Part shown: positions 1 to 10,828 of the stretch, in pieces
Layout of the letters: each line of letters opens with the position of its first letter
Numbering within the stretch: the first letter of the stretch is position 1
Assembly: GCA_900546995.1 (NCBI GenBank)
Contig: URFF01000002.1
Span: forward strand, 1,237-65,236
Direction: 5' to 3'
DNA: 64,000 nt
DNA from: an uncultured Sutterella sp.
GTDB lineage: Bacteria > Pseudomonadota > Gammaproteobacteria > Burkholderiales > Burkholderiaceae_F
Notes under the pieces: model-generated
The model's database searches: none
Seen by the model: the letters and a program-made list of their open reading frames with translations, nothing else
What the model was told of the DNA's origin: nothing
Translations under genes and position numbers: made by a program

Positions 1-1
1 G

Positions 2-166
2 CACGTTACGCCATTATTTGAAAATTTCCCGACCGCTGATTATGAGGCGGATACCTTGCGGGTTACTCAGGAGCTTGAACGTTGGATTGAGAAGTTCCCG
101 GATCAGTACATGTGGACGCATAGGCGGTTTAAGACTCGTCCGCAGGGTGAGCCGTCCCTTTATTAA
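2..166 (+). CDS. lpxL: 3' end of lipid A acyltransferase (LpxL/HtrB family), partial
   Basis: Manual translation gives ...ELERWIEKFPDQYMWTHRRFKTRPQGEPSLY*, the family C-terminal signature. Confidence 0.8.
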   Translation, partial: HVTPLFENFPTADYEADTLRVTQELERWIEKFPDQYMWTHRRFKTRPQGEPSLY

Positions 167-175
167 GGTTATTTT

Positions 176-1396
176 TTGGTGAGGTCAAAATTGATTGATT
201 TGATTTTGAAAAAAGGTAAAGAGCGTTCCCTTTTACGCAGACATCCTTGGGTGTATGACACGGCTGTGCAGAAGGTGATGGGTAAGCCTGGATTGGGTGA
301 GACGGTTCGTGTCGTTTCCTACGACGGACGTTTTCTAGCATGGGCAGCTTACTCTCATGAATCCACAATTCGGGCGCGTTGCTGGTCTTTTATTGAGTCA
401 GAGTGCATTGATAAGGCCTGGTTTGAAGAAAAGATTATCAAGGCGTTGCGTGCTCGGAAGCGTTTATTTTCAAGAACCAGCGCTGTTCGGGTGATTTTTG
501 GCGAAGCCGATCAATTACCGGGTCTTGTTGTTGACCAATACGGCGATTGGTTGGTTGCTCAATTTCAAGCGGCAGGTGTTGAAGCATGGAAAGACGTCAT
601 TGCCGGTATCTTAATGAAACAATGTGATGTCCAGGGGATCTATGAGCGGTCTGATGCGGCGACCCGCCACAGAGAGGGGTTAAGTGAAATCGTCGGAGTC
701 TTGCGTGGGGCTGAACCTCCTCAGGAAATCGAAATTGTGGAGGACGGGGTGCGCTACGGCGTAGACGTTCGTCATGGACACAAGACCGGATTTTATATTG
801 ATCAACGCGAAAATCGTCTGCTTGCGCAACGGCTTGCCGCACAATTTAAGGCCCAACATGGTCGTGGAATGCGCGCGTTAAATTGCTTTTGCTACACCGG
901 TGGGTTCTCCTTGGCATTGTTGGCCGGTGGAGCCGAAGAAGTCATCTCTGTCGATTCGTCAGCTGACGCGCTAGCAATGGCTCAACGAAATGCCGAACGT
1001 AATGGCTTTGGCCATGATCGAGCACAATGGTTACAAGCTGATGTGTTTGATTATCTTCGTCAGGCTCGTGATCGAGGGGAGGAATTTGATCTTGTCATTC
1101 TTGATCCCCCAAAGTTTGCCTCAAGCCATCGTCACATTGATCGCGCGTCACGCGCCTATAAAGACATCAATTTAAACGGTTTGCGTCTGGTCAAAGAGGG
1201 AGGCGATTTATTGACTTTCTCCTGCTCTGGGGCAATGGATGTTGATTTATTCCAAAAAGTGATTGCGGGGGCAGTGATTGACTCGAAGCGAGAAGCTTGG
1301 ATGATTGCAAGATTAGGTGCCGGAGAAGATCATCCATTAATGATGACGTGTCCTGAAGGAGAGTATCTGAAAGGACTACAATTAGCCCTTCGTTAG
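176..1396 (+). CDS. rlmI: 23S rRNA m5C1962 methyltransferase (RlmI family)
   Basis: PUA-like RRHPWVY start, GHKTGFYIDQR, FCYTGGF, LDPPKF, GEYLKG. Confidence 0.85.
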   Translation: MVRSKLIDLILKKGKERSLLRRHPWVYDTAVQKVMGKPGLGETVRVVSYDGRFLAWAAYSHESTIRARCWSFIESECIDKAWFEEKIIKALRARKRLFSRTSAVRVIFGEADQLPGLVVDQYGDWLVAQFQAAGVEAWKDVIAGILMKQCDVQGIYERSDAATRHREGLSEIVGVLRGAEPPQEIEIVEDGVRYGVDVRHGHKTGFYIDQRENRLLAQRLAAQFKAQHGRGMRALNCFCYTGGFSLALLAGGAEEVISVDSSADALAMAQRNAERNGFGHDRAQWLQADVFDYLRQARDRGEEFDLVILDPPKFASSHRHIDRASRAYKDINLNGLRLVKEGGDLLTFSCSGAMDVDLFQKVIAGAVIDSKREAWMIARLGAGEDHPLMMTCPEGEYLKGLQLALR

Positions 1397-1449
1397 CTAG
1401 ACACAATTCGGGGCTTCGTAATATCGAAGCTTATTCTGGGAGAATAGGA

Positions 1450-2454
1450 ATGGACGTAATGGACATGGTGCCTCAAATCCCGGTGACCATTATCACGGGT
1501 TTTTTAGGCGCAGGGAAAACGACTCTTTTAAACCGTATCCTTCGTGAAGAACACGGTCACAAAATTGCTGTCATTGAAAACGAGTTCGGAGAAGAAGACG
1601 TTGATAGCACGTTGTTGGTGCAAACCAATAAAGAGCAAATCGTTCAGATGAGTAACGGCTGCATTTGCTGCACGATTCGTGGGGATTTGTCTCGAGTGCT
1701 TACCGACTTACGCCATCGCCGGGATCGTGGTGATATTCAGTTTGATTGGGTGGTGATTGAAACGACAGGCGTCGCCAATCCAGGGCCTGTGGCTCAAACT
1801 TTCTTCATGGATGATGCGGTTGCGGCTTTTTATCGGCTTGATGGCGTTATCACGGTGGTTGATGCCAAGCATGGTAATGACACACTGGATAAAGAGGCAG
1901 AAGCTCAAGCTCAGGTCGGCTTTGCGGATCGTATTTTCTTAACAAAAACCGACTTAGTGACGGAGCAGGAAGCGGCTGATATCCGCGTGCGTTTACGCCG
2001 CATGAATCCGAGAGCGCCGATTGAAAATGTTCACATGGGTGAAGTCGCTGTTGAGAAGGTTCTCAATATTGAGGGCTTTAATCTCAATACGGTCTTAGAT
2101 ATTGACCCAGAGTTTTTGGTCGATGTTGTACATCATCACCATCATGGCGATGAAATCGGATCTTTCGTATTTACGTCTTATACGCCGTTTGACCCGTTCC
2201 GTCTTGAACGTTTTTGGGGAACCATTACCCAAGTTTACGGACCGGATTTGTTGCGCTATAAAGGGGTGTTATACCTACAAGGGACCGATCATAAAATGAT
2301 CACTCAAGGGGTGCACATGTTGGTAGCGGCAGATTTGGGACCGAAATGGGCCGAAGGTGAGCGTCCGATGAGTAAAATTGTGTTCATTGGGCGCAATTTG
2401 CCGGAAAGCGCCATTATTACGGGCTTGGAGACCTGTCTTATTGATGCTCCATAA
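1450..2454 (+). CDS. CobW/COG0523 GTP-binding metallochaperone
   Basis: GFLGAGKTT, ENEFGE, GCICCT, ETTG, His-rich HHHHH, CobW_C domain. Confidence 0.9.
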   Translation: MDVMDMVPQIPVTIITGFLGAGKTTLLNRILREEHGHKIAVIENEFGEEDVDSTLLVQTNKEQIVQMSNGCICCTIRGDLSRVLTDLRHRRDRGDIQFDWVVIETTGVANPGPVAQTFFMDDAVAAFYRLDGVITVVDAKHGNDTLDKEAEAQAQVGFADRIFLTKTDLVTEQEAADIRVRLRRMNPRAPIENVHMGEVAVEKVLNIEGFNLNTVLDIDPEFLVDVVHHHHHGDEIGSFVFTSYTPFDPFRLERFWGTITQVYGPDLLRYKGVLYLQGTDHKMITQGVHMLVAADLGPKWAEGERPMSKIVFIGRNLPESAIITGLETCLIDAP

Positions 2455-2654
2455 ATCGGCAATGTGACATCTTTGTGACTTTTTGTGGAAAATATAGAAA
2501 AAAACAAGCAGATATCTTGTTTTTCCTGTATAAAGTGTTCCCAATAATTTTTAGCGGTGTCCACTGCTGATAAAAGAGTACCCTTTTACATAACGGGTAT
2601 ATGTTGTAACCAAATGAAGTATCGAACCTTAGAACCGTTCGATTTTGATGTTTT

Positions 2655-3077
2655 ATGGCCACAAAGAAAAAGTTGTTGACTGAGCAAGAATTGCTCGCCA
2701 TGCCTGAAGATGATTACATGAATGATCGGCAGCTCGCTTTTTTCCGTAACCGTTTACAGGAAATGGAAAAGGAACTGCGTAGTAATGCTGGTCAAACAAC
2801 GGAGCATTTACGCGAAACGACGGTTGCACCTGACCCTGCGGATCGGGCAACTATTGAAGAAGAGCACGCATTGGAACTGCGTACCCGTGATCGTGAGCGT
2901 AAGCTTTTGAAAAAGGTTCAGGCTGCATTGCAGCGTATTGATAATGGCGAGTACGGTTGGTGTGAAGAAACCGGGGAACCGATTGGTGTGGCTCGACTCT
3001 TAGCCCGTCCCACGGCGACTCTGTCTCTTGAAGCTCAAATGCGCCGTGAAATTCGCCAAAAAATGTACGGTGACTAA
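2655..3077 (+). CDS. dksA: RNA polymerase-binding protein DksA
   Basis: DPADRA tip motif, RDRERKL, YGWCEETGEPIG. Confidence 0.95.
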   Translation: MATKKKLLTEQELLAMPEDDYMNDRQLAFFRNRLQEMEKELRSNAGQTTEHLRETTVAPDPADRATIEEEHALELRTRDRERKLLKKVQAALQRIDNGEYGWCEETGEPIGVARLLARPTATLSLEAQMRREIRQKMYGD

Positions 3078-3105
3078 GCGAAAAGCAACCAACAGTCAGT
3101 GATTG

Positions 3106-3140
3106 AGCAAAGGAAGGTGTTTGGGCACCTTCCTTTTGCT
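3106..3140. terminator. Probable bidirectional terminator between convergent dksA and sppA
   Basis: AGCAAAGGAAGGTG...CACCTTCCTTTTGCT inverted repeat. Confidence 0.7.
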
Positions 3141-4931
3141 TTATGGCTGGCACCGAACGAGACTGTGCGCATAAAGTCCTGGCTCGGTTAAGTTAAATTG
3201 CTGCACATTTGACAGCAAAGTATCCAACCCTAGAGCCGAGAGCGGAACTGTCCATTTTCTTAGTGATCCTCGCAATAACGAGCTGACATCTTCAGCTTGA
3301 CTGTTTGCTATAACGTAGTTCGCATTTTGAGGCAGTTTCGCCAAAACTCTTGCCCGATCAATGGCAGCGTTGAAATCACCTAGATGATCGACTAGATGCC
3401 GATCCAAAGCCTGCTGCCCCGTCCAGACACGTCCTTGGGCAACGGCTAGCACCTGGTTGATTGGTAAAGAGCGAGATTGGCTGACCAATTTCGTGAAATC
3501 TTTATAGGTTCTGGCAACCGATTGTGTGAGCACACTTTCTAGTCGGGGATCCAGTGGTCCGGTTAACTTTTCAGCGTTTGCTAACCAAGTTGTTCCCACA
3601 CTCCCATGACCAATTTGGACTTTATCCAATGTTTTTTCAAATGTTGGTGCCAATCCAAAAACGCCGATGGATCCTGTAATTGTGACCGGTGAGGCGACAA
3701 TTTCAGAGCCCGCCATGCTGATCCAGTAACCGCCCGAAGCCGCCATATCTCCCATGCTGACGACAACGGGTTTACCGGCCTTTTTGAATTGATCCAAAGC
3801 CTCTCGAATCATTTCACTTGCAACCGCGGAACCTCCCGGAGAATTGACTCGCAGCACAAGTGCCTTGACGTCTGCTTGTTCCTTGAGGGCTTGGATTTGA
3901 TCAATCAGCGTTTCAGCGCCGACCACACCCGGTTCGGACTCTCCTTCACGAATTTCGCCCTCGGCGATAAGAACAGCCACCGGAGCGCTAATCGGGGTCA
4001 ATAGCGTGGATGAATAATCGTAAACAGAAATAAAGTTAAACTCGCTTTGAGTGCCCTTGGAGAGTTTTTCTTCAATATAGTGTTTGGTTGAGTCGTACGT
4101 TTTAATTCCGTCAATGAGACTGGATTGTAAGGCAGCCTGAGCCAAATTCCCTTGAGAATGACTGACGTTTTCGACCAATGTGTCAATGTAGCGATTGACG
4201 CTACCTGGAATTAAACCTCGAGAATGTTCTATGTCCGCTGCGAGTGAGTGCCACGCGTCATTTAACCAATAGCTTTCCGCTTCAATCCACTCTCTTGAGG
4301 GGGAGTTGCGGGTAAAGCTCTCTGGGAAGCTCTTATAAGCGCCGGCCTTAAACACGTGAATATTCACGCCAAGATTTTTCAGAAGATCTCCGTAGTACAA
4401 GCGATCTGAACTCAAGCCTTTAACACCGACGAAACCCATCGGATGCAAATAGATTTCATTGGCATGTGCAGCGATACTGTATTGAACTTGAGAAAAATTG
4501 GTGCCCCAAGCAAAAATCGGTTTACCACTTGTTTTAAAGCGATCAAGAGCTAAACCGATTTCTCTGACAGTGTTAATTCCAGCACCACTCAATTGATCAA
4601 GTTTAAGAAGAACAGCGTCAATATGATCGTCTTTTGCCGCCTTATCCAATGAGGCAATAACATCGTAAAGCACGGTGTCCATCGGTTCGGCGTTACCGAG
4701 TAATTGCATGGACAGCGGACTTTCGGTCGGAAGCTCCCTGATTTCCCCAGCAAGGTCAAGAACAAGAACCGAATGTTTGGGAATGGATGGCTGATAAAAA
4801 GCAGATAAAAAACCGTAGCCGAGGATTAAGACAATGCCTAATCCGACGCACCCTAAACAAAACGCCCCTATGGCGTGGAAGATTTTTCCTATCAGTTTAA
4901 AAAACTTGGCAATGTATCGAAAAATAAACAA
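3141..4931 (-). CDS. sppA: Signal peptide peptidase SppA (67 kDa type)
   Basis: N-terminal TM, tandem S49 domains, RVNSPGGS, AASGGYW, GSIGV, GRVWTG. Confidence 0.9.
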   Translation of the reverse strand: MFIFRYIAKFFKLIGKIFHAIGAFCLGCVGLGIVLILGYGFLSAFYQPSIPKHSVLVLDLAGEIRELPTESPLSMQLLGNAEPMDTVLYDVIASLDKAAKDDHIDAVLLKLDQLSGAGINTVREIGLALDRFKTSGKPIFAWGTNFSQVQYSIAAHANEIYLHPMGFVGVKGLSSDRLYYGDLLKNLGVNIHVFKAGAYKSFPESFTRNSPSREWIEAESYWLNDAWHSLAADIEHSRGLIPGSVNRYIDTLVENVSHSQGNLAQAALQSSLIDGIKTYDSTKHYIEEKLSKGTQSEFNFISVYDYSSTLLTPISAPVAVLIAEGEIREGESEPGVVGAETLIDQIQALKEQADVKALVLRVNSPGGSAVASEMIREALDQFKKAGKPVVVSMGDMAASGGYWISMAGSEIVASPVTITGSIGVFGLAPTFEKTLDKVQIGHGSVGTTWLANAEKLTGPLDPRLESVLTQSVARTYKDFTKLVSQSRSLPINQVLAVAQGRVWTGQQALDRHLVDHLGDFNAAIDRARVLAKLPQNANYVIANSQAEDVSSLLRGSLRKWTVPLSALGLDTLLSNVQQFNLTEPGLYAHSLVRCQP

Positions 4932-4964
4932 GATCAGTCCTTTTTGATGAGTCCGATCGCTATT

Positions 4965-5726
4965 TTAGCCATAAGGATTGAGCAATGGCGGCTTACGGAA
5001 GCGCTTGGTATTTTTTGTTTTCGACCGACCGGTCATGATTTTAGGAATGTCACGTAGGTGAGAAATTTGTGCATCAACATAACTTAAAGGTCTGACGATT
5101 TCAGAGCCGTGATGATGCCATCCCTTGCATAAAACCGTTTGTAACCCAAGTTGATGGGCAACCTTCAGATTGCCGAGGTTATCGTCAATCAAGCAGGCAT
5201 CGGTTGGTCTGATGTGGTGATTTGTTAAAACTTTCTTCAGCATGGCCGCTGACGGCTTAGGGCACCATTGTCCAAACACTTTCATATCGTTGACACAATA
5301 CTTCGCATCAAAGACATCGCGCATATGAATTTTTTTTAGAATGCGTTCCGCAAACACACGCGGCGCGTTTGTAAAGAGGATTTTTTGACCTGGTAGCGAT
5401 ATAAGTGACTGCCGCATCAACCCACGTGTTTTGACACTGGAAATATCGACATTATGCGTTTGAGTTAAAAAGTCGACAGGATCAATACCATGATGCAACC
5501 ACAAGCCTAAGAAAGTGACACCATAGCGTTTCCAATAGTCTTTTCGAAGTTGGTTGGCGACTTGGTCATTGACGTTGAGTGTTTTTTGAATATAGTCATC
5601 CATCAATACATGGATGTGGTGAAACATTCCCGCAGAGGCCGAATACAATGTGTCGTCCAAATCTATAAGCCAAAATTTTGGGCGATGAATACACCCGGAA
5701 GGTTGGTAGAACTTAAAGTCGCTCAT
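4965..5726 (-). CDS. HAD-family pyrimidine 5'-nucleotidase
   Basis: DLDDTLY motif I, FTNAP, PKP, DDNLGNL. Confidence 0.8.
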   Translation of the reverse strand: MSDFKFYQPSGCIHRPKFWLIDLDDTLYSASAGMFHHIHVLMDDYIQKTLNVNDQVANQLRKDYWKRYGVTFLGLWLHHGIDPVDFLTQTHNVDISSVKTRGLMRQSLISLPGQKILFTNAPRVFAERILKKIHMRDVFDAKYCVNDMKVFGQWCPKPSAAMLKKVLTNHHIRPTDACLIDDNLGNLKVAHQLGLQTVLCKGWHHHGSEIVRPLSYVDAQISHLRDIPKIMTGRSKTKNTKRFRKPPLLNPYG

Positions 5727-5733
5727 CTCTTTT

Positions 5734-5762
5734 AAAAGAGCGCCTAATTAACTAGGCGCTCT
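5734..5762 (-). terminator. Hairpin after FtsK-domain gene
   Basis: AGAGCGCCTA/TAGGCGCTCT 10-bp stem with short U run on minus strand. Confidence 0.55.
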
Positions 5763-5775
5763 GAATAAGTCGTTA

Positions 5776-6699
5776 TCACCGGTCTTCGGCAACGCGAATG
5801 GCTGTTACCATCCGCTCGGCATCCTCATCGGATAACCAAGGCACCCAGCAATGAATGGGCTGCTTTTCACCGGCCAGTACCATTAGCATATGTCCAAGCT
5901 CTGTTAGCGATTCCGCTCCTTTGATTCCCAGAGCGTACTCAGACATTTCAGCCGTCGGCAATTTTAACGAAATGCGGTTGCCGAAATACTGTTTAACTTC
6001 TTCAGGTAAAACTCTTGGATCCGGCCATTGCGTCGCCAAAATGAGGTGATAGCCCGTGCTCCACCCCTTGGTTGAAATGGCCTTAAGCGCACTGATGAGT
6101 TTTTCTTTAAAGTCATCGTCAATGAGCCAGACAGCTATTTCATCGATGATGACAAAAGTTCGCAAAAGCCGTTTTTTCAGACCAAGTACCTTATTGCATT
6201 CCTCAAGGCTTTTCACCCCCAGTGTCTCAAACAGTTTTTCGTGAGCTTCAATCGATTTCACAATACTGTCGAGATAGCTTTTTGCTGTTTCGATATTGGT
6301 TTCCACACGAAGACGGTGCAAGCCCTTTAAACTTTCAAACGCCCAACCGCCGTTAGGATCGAATACTTTGATGGCGGCTAAATCAGGACGATTGGTGATG
6401 GCGATATCCAAAATAAGATTGCGAATAAAAGAGCTCTTGCCGGAGCCGGTCATACCGGTAATCAATGTGTAGGGAGCATGAAGCGCCTGACTTTCAAATG
6501 GCGTTTCGAAATTGAGATAAACCAAGGAATCTTTGTCGTCATTGCGACCTAGGACGAATGAGTAGTTGCCGCCATTGTTGTTGCGGTTAATTTGACGATC
6601 ACGCCAAACACTCCACATGCTGTCATTGCCTTCCGCTGAATGTTTTTCTATCAAGGCTTCAATAGCGGCAGAATAACGAAAGTTCTTCTTGTCTAACAT
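5776..6699 (-). CDS. Stand-alone FtsK/SpoIIIE-type ATPase domain protein
   Basis: Walker A GMTGSGKS, Walker B FVIIDE, LATQ, NRISL, GAESL; no TM segment. Confidence 0.8.
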   Translation of the reverse strand: MLDKKNFRYSAAIEALIEKHSAEGNDSMWSVWRDRQINRNNNGGNYSFVLGRNDDKDSLVYLNFETPFESQALHAPYTLITGMTGSGKSSFIRNLILDIAITNRPDLAAIKVFDPNGGWAFESLKGLHRLRVETNIETAKSYLDSIVKSIEAHEKLFETLGVKSLEECNKVLGLKKRLLRTFVIIDEIAVWLIDDDFKEKLISALKAISTKGWSTGYHLILATQWPDPRVLPEEVKQYFGNRISLKLPTAEMSEYALGIKGAESLTELGHMLMVLAGEKQPIHCWVPWLSDEDAERMVTAIRVAEDR

Positions 6700-6788
6700 A
6701 ATACGATCCTTTTAAAAACGGATGTCTACTCTCATCTTAGTCGTTTTTCTTCAGGACGGCATGTAAAAACAACACGACGTTTTGTTGG

Positions 6789-7916
6789 CTAGGACGGCTT
6801 ACGTAGAGTAAACAGTGTAATTTCACCAAAAATGCCGAGTCGTATTGGGAACCCGTACCAAAGGCCGGTACCGCGATTGACGTAAAGGGTCATTCCGTCC
6901 ACATCGTATTTTCCCTTTACAAATCCATCGTTAAGGGTTTGAGCTAACCAATGCATGCCGAGAATCTGTCCACCGTGGGTGTGGCCCGATAACTGAAGAG
7001 CAACGCCATGGTAAGCATATTCACGGCTATTTTTGATTTGATGGGACAATAAAATCACTGGCATCCCTTTGGGTAAGCCACTAAGTGCTTTTTCAATATC
7101 AGGCAGTTCCCGATGGTAGCGTTTTGCCATAGGATCATTGACACCAGCCAGCGCAATCGATTGCCCGTTGCGAGTAATGATTTGATGGCTGTTATGTAAA
7201 ACGGTAAAACCAAGTGTCGGTAAAAAACGCATCCAACCGTCATAATCAACATAGTGGTCGTGATTACCTTCGACGGCAAAAACTCCGTATGGGGCATGTA
7301 GTTTTGCTAAGGGCATGACATCTTGTTGGCGAACTTCCACTCGTCCATCAACAATGTCTCCGGTCACAACAATCAGGTCTGGGTTTAAAGCGAGAGTGCT
7401 GTGAATGATTTTTTCGAGTCTAGACTTTTCCAGTAACGCGCTAATGTGCAAATCGGATAATTGTGCAACGGTAAAACCATCAAAGGCTGACGGTAAATTT
7501 TCAATTTCGATGGTGACTTGTCGTATTTGCGGTTGCTTTAGTGCACTAAACGAGCCATAGGCGCCCAGGATCATACAAAATGTTCCAATCACAAAAGCTA
7601 AGTTTGTGAGAGAAACATGAATGGGATATCCTGCGAGCCTAAAGATAAGGAAAAAAATATCTTTAACGAATGCAACGACAATGAGTAAAAGCTGAGAAGC
7701 AAAAAGCCAGCTCCACAGGATAATGCCTAAATACGGCACGACATCGTCGTGCCCGGCAAAAAAAGATCGGCAAAATGCAGGGTACTGGCTTGCAAAGAAA
7801 ATAAACAGCAACGCGATCCCTTTGATGACCCAATGCAGGTGCGATTTGCCGAAAATGCTCACGTAAGCATAAAGGGCAAAAAACAAAGGGATAACGTGAA
7901 TCAAGAGCTGTTGCAT
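6789..7916 (-). CDS. Membrane-anchored metallophosphoesterase
   Basis: N-terminal TMs, SDLH, TGD, GNHD, SGHTHGGQ. Confidence 0.9.
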   Translation of the reverse strand: MQQLLIHVIPLFFALYAYVSIFGKSHLHWVIKGIALLFIFFASQYPAFCRSFFAGHDDVVPYLGIILWSWLFASQLLLIVVAFVKDIFFLIFRLAGYPIHVSLTNLAFVIGTFCMILGAYGSFSALKQPQIRQVTIEIENLPSAFDGFTVAQLSDLHISALLEKSRLEKIIHSTLALNPDLIVVTGDIVDGRVEVRQQDVMPLAKLHAPYGVFAVEGNHDHYVDYDGWMRFLPTLGFTVLHNSHQIITRNGQSIALAGVNDPMAKRYHRELPDIEKALSGLPKGMPVILLSHQIKNSREYAYHGVALQLSGHTHGGQILGMHWLAQTLNDGFVKGKYDVDGMTLYVNRGTGLWYGFPIRLGIFGEITLFTLRKPS

Positions 7917-7918
7917 GG

Positions 7919-9409
7919 TTATTTCTTATCGCCCTTTTGATCTTTCACTTCTTTACTGGAGGCAGCTTTTTTATCGGATTGAGTCGCGTTGTCCTTTTTA
8001 GGCTCAAAGCCAGTGACATACGGTTCGCCCTTTAGCACATGAACGGCTTGTTGCAATTGGAAGTCATTTTCATCGCCGAAGAAATATCGGGTCTTGGGTT
8101 GTTCAGAATTTTTGACTTCTTTTTTGGAAGCCTCAATCATTTTTTTCTCAGACTCGCGACGCTCTTGTTCACTCTTGAGATGGTGTGCGAGGTCTGCTTC
8201 ACGGATGTTAAAGCTTGCGTAATTGCCTTCTGCCGTATCGGCAATTTCGATGTCAGGCGTGATGCCGGTTGCCTGAATGGATCGACCGGCGGGGGTGTAG
8301 TAGCGAGATGTTGTGAGTTTGATACCAGTCTTCGGTTCTCCACCTTCCATGGGGCGGATCGGTAAGACGGTTTGAACACTTCCCTTGCCGAAAGACTGTC
8401 TGCCCATGATTTTGGCGCGCTTATGGTCTTGCAGCGCTCCGGAAACAATTTCACTGGCACTGGCACTAGCCGAGTTGATGAGAACAACCATGGGTACTGT
8501 TTTGGTCACAGCGGGCAATTTTGCAATCAGATCGTCTGACGGTTTTTGCTCAAAATTAAGGTAGTCAGCCGGACGAGTTTTAAAATCTCGATTTGAGTCT
8601 GGCGTGCGCCCTTTAGTGCTTACAACTACCTTGTCTTTATCAACGAAAGCCGACACAACACCAACGGCGGCATTTAAAAGACCACCTGGGTCGTTACGTA
8701 AATCAAGAACCAAGCCCTTTAAATGATTTTTCTTATTTAATTCGATTAAATATTTGGCTAAATCGTTAGCTGTATGCTCTTGGAATTGAGAAATACGGAT
8801 ATAGCCGATACCGTCAGCAAGTTCTTTCATCTTAACGGATTGAACCTTGATGATGTCGCGAGTAATAGTCATCTCTAAGGGTTTATCCAGTCCCTTGCGA
8901 GCAATCACCAAATCAATCTTGGTTTTGGGTTTACCTCGCATACGGTTGACGTTTTCCGAGAGGCTGAGCGCACGGGTAGCCTGATTGTCAATTTTGATGA
9001 TGATATCGCCGGCGAGAATGCCAGCTCGAGCTGCCGGTGTGTCGTCAATTGGCGCAATGACTAAGACGCCGGAAGCATCCATAGTCACTTCAAGGCCGAG
9101 TCCTCCGAATTCACCCTCTGTGCCCTCTTTCATGTCTTTGAAGGCCTCTTCATCTAAATAAGCTGAGTGAGGATCCAAACCCGCAAGCATACCCGCAAGC
9201 GCATTTTCCAATAACTGAGCGTCCTTGGTTTGGTCCACATCAACATAATATGCTTTGATTGCGCTATAAACGTCTGTGAATTGCCGTATTTCCTGTAAAG
9301 GTAAAGGCTCTTTAGCTGGAGTTGCCGCTGCCAAAGCCGCCGTTGATAAAACCGCACAGACGGCGGCAGAAATCACGGTCTTGGTTAAGGGAGTGAAAAT
9401 AGTTTTCAT
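7919..9409 (-). CDS. ctpA: C-terminal processing protease, S41 family
   Basis: LDPHS, PDZ domain, DLRNDPGG, SASASEI, FGKGSVQ. Confidence 0.9.
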   Translation of the reverse strand: MKTIFTPLTKTVISAAVCAVLSTAALAAATPAKEPLPLQEIRQFTDVYSAIKAYYVDVDQTKDAQLLENALAGMLAGLDPHSAYLDEEAFKDMKEGTEGEFGGLGLEVTMDASGVLVIAPIDDTPAARAGILAGDIIIKIDNQATRALSLSENVNRMRGKPKTKIDLVIARKGLDKPLEMTITRDIIKVQSVKMKELADGIGYIRISQFQEHTANDLAKYLIELNKKNHLKGLVLDLRNDPGGLLNAAVGVVSAFVDKDKVVVSTKGRTPDSNRDFKTRPADYLNFEQKPSDDLIAKLPAVTKTVPMVVLINSASASASEIVSGALQDHKRAKIMGRQSFGKGSVQTVLPIRPMEGGEPKTGIKLTTSRYYTPAGRSIQATGITPDIEIADTAEGNYASFNIREADLAHHLKSEQERRESEKKMIEASKKEVKNSEQPKTRYFFGDENDFQLQQAVHVLKGEPYVTGFEPKKDNATQSDKKAASSKEVKDQKGDKK

Positions 9410-9412
9410 AAT

Positions 9413-10828
9413 TTACTCTTTCCCGATCCAGGGGAGCGGATCGAATGGTTGTCCATTCCGGCGAAGTTCAAAATACAATCCCGGTTTTTCTTCGCCTCCG
9501 GTATTACCAACGGAGGCAATGGTTTCACCGCGATTGACTTTGTCGCCCACACTCTTAAAGAGCGATTCATTGTTTGCGTAAATTGAAAGATAGCCGTCAC
9601 CGTGGTCTACGATAATCAAATTGCCGAAACCACGCAGCCAATCGGAAAAAACGACTTGTCCGCTCGCGCAGGCTAAAACGTCGGTTCCCTGACGGGCTTG
9701 GATCATAAGGCCGCGCCAAGTAGTGCTCTTGCCAGAAACATTCGCGCGAGCACGTCCGTAGCGGCCGGTGATTTTGCCGAGAGCCGGCATGACAAGGCGT
9801 CCCTTTTGTTTGGCAAACGCTCCGCTAGGAACTTTGCCTCCAACAGAGACTTTGCCGCTTGCCGGCTGATTGCGTCGTGCTTGTTGGGCTCGGCGCTCCG
9901 CTTCCGCTTTGCGTTGAGCCAACACTTTGTCGATGTTGGCGACCAACTCACCCAAACGAGCCTGGTCACGTTCGAGTTTATCGATAGAGGCTCGTTGCTC
10001 AGAAATTTGTTTTTGCAGCTTTGATAGTGTTTCTTTGCGAGCCGCTTGTTCTTTGACGAGCTGTGCTCTCCCTTTTTCCTCATTGGCTGCAATCTGAGAG
10101 AGCTCTCGGCGCTTACTTTTAGTTTGCTCAGAAACGCTGTGAATACTTGCCTGTTCCTCAGAAAGCTTGTGCACGGTTTTCTCTTGAGCCTGAGCAAAAT
10201 ATTGCAGAGAGGCAGCGTCCCGAGCCACAACATGAGGATTAATGCCGGCGACCAATGTCTGCCAGGATTGGCGTCGTGTGTTGAGGTATTGCGCTCGAGC
10301 GATGGCTCGACTTTGTTTTTCCGCACTGGTGAGCTCGCCGCTAACCGCTAATTCCTGTTCGCGTAATGCATTGAGTTGTTTTTCCACGCGAGCACGTTCA
10401 TTGCCTAAATCCCTTAAGCGTCGGTTTGCTTTAGAGATGGCTTCTTCGCTAGCGCGAAGCGCATCACTGGCTTCACTTTGACTCGCCTCTGCTTCGGAAA
10501 GTTGCTTTTTGAGTGAGCCAAGTTGCTCTTGGAGGGATTTTTGCTGGCTCTGTAGCTCATTGCGCCGTTTAACACTGACCTCATCAGTCTTTTTTTTCTG
10601 GGTAGCAGTACTCTTATTATTGGTTGCGCGCCGTTTTGTTGCTGTTGTCGTTTTCTTGGCGGGAGCCTTTTTGGTTTGTGTTTTTTTTGCTGTTTGAGCG
10701 TTTGTCTGGGCAGCATAAACCTGCGGGATCAGCCAAGTGCTACCCGCAGGGGTTAGTGCCAAACTGACTAAAGCGCCGGCAACGCCGAGCGCTTTAGTAA
10801 AAGAAAGTAGACAACGCTTACGGATCAC
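9413..10828 (-). CDS. envC: Murein hydrolase activator EnvC (coiled coil plus degenerate M23)
   Basis: Signal peptide, long coiled coil, [11 protein letters not shown]...LYFELR; gpm-envC-ctpA synteny. Confidence 0.85.
   Translation of the reverse strand: MIRKRCLLSFTKALGVAGALVSLALTPAGSTWLIPQVYAAQTNAQTAKKTQTKKAPAKKTTTATKRRATNNKSTATQKKKTDEVSVKRRNELQSQQKSLQEQLGSLKKQLSEAEASQSEASDALRASEEAISKANRRLRDLGNERARVEKQLNALREQELAVSGELTSAEKQSRAIARAQYLNTRRQSWQTLVAGINPHVVARDAASLQYFAQAQEKTVHKLSEEQASIHSVSEQTKSKRRELSQIAANEEKGRAQLVKEQAARKETLSKLQKQISEQRASIDKLERDQARLGELVANIDKVLAQRKAEAERRAQQARRNQPASGKVSVGGKVPSGAFAKQKGRLVMPALGKITGRYGRARANVSGKSTTWRGLMIQARQGTDVLACASGQVVFSDWLRGFGNLIIVDHGDGYLSIYANNESLFKSVGDKVNRGETIASVGNTGGEEKPGLYFELRRNGQPFDPLPWIGKE

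Noticed and set aside
2655..3077. DksA with a single Cys next to cobW
   Set aside because: Zinc-free DksA and this adjacency are, to my knowledge, usual in Burkholderiales
10585..10690. Two T8 tracts in envC as phase-variation sites
   Set aside because: They encode the Lys-rich linker and the frame is intact
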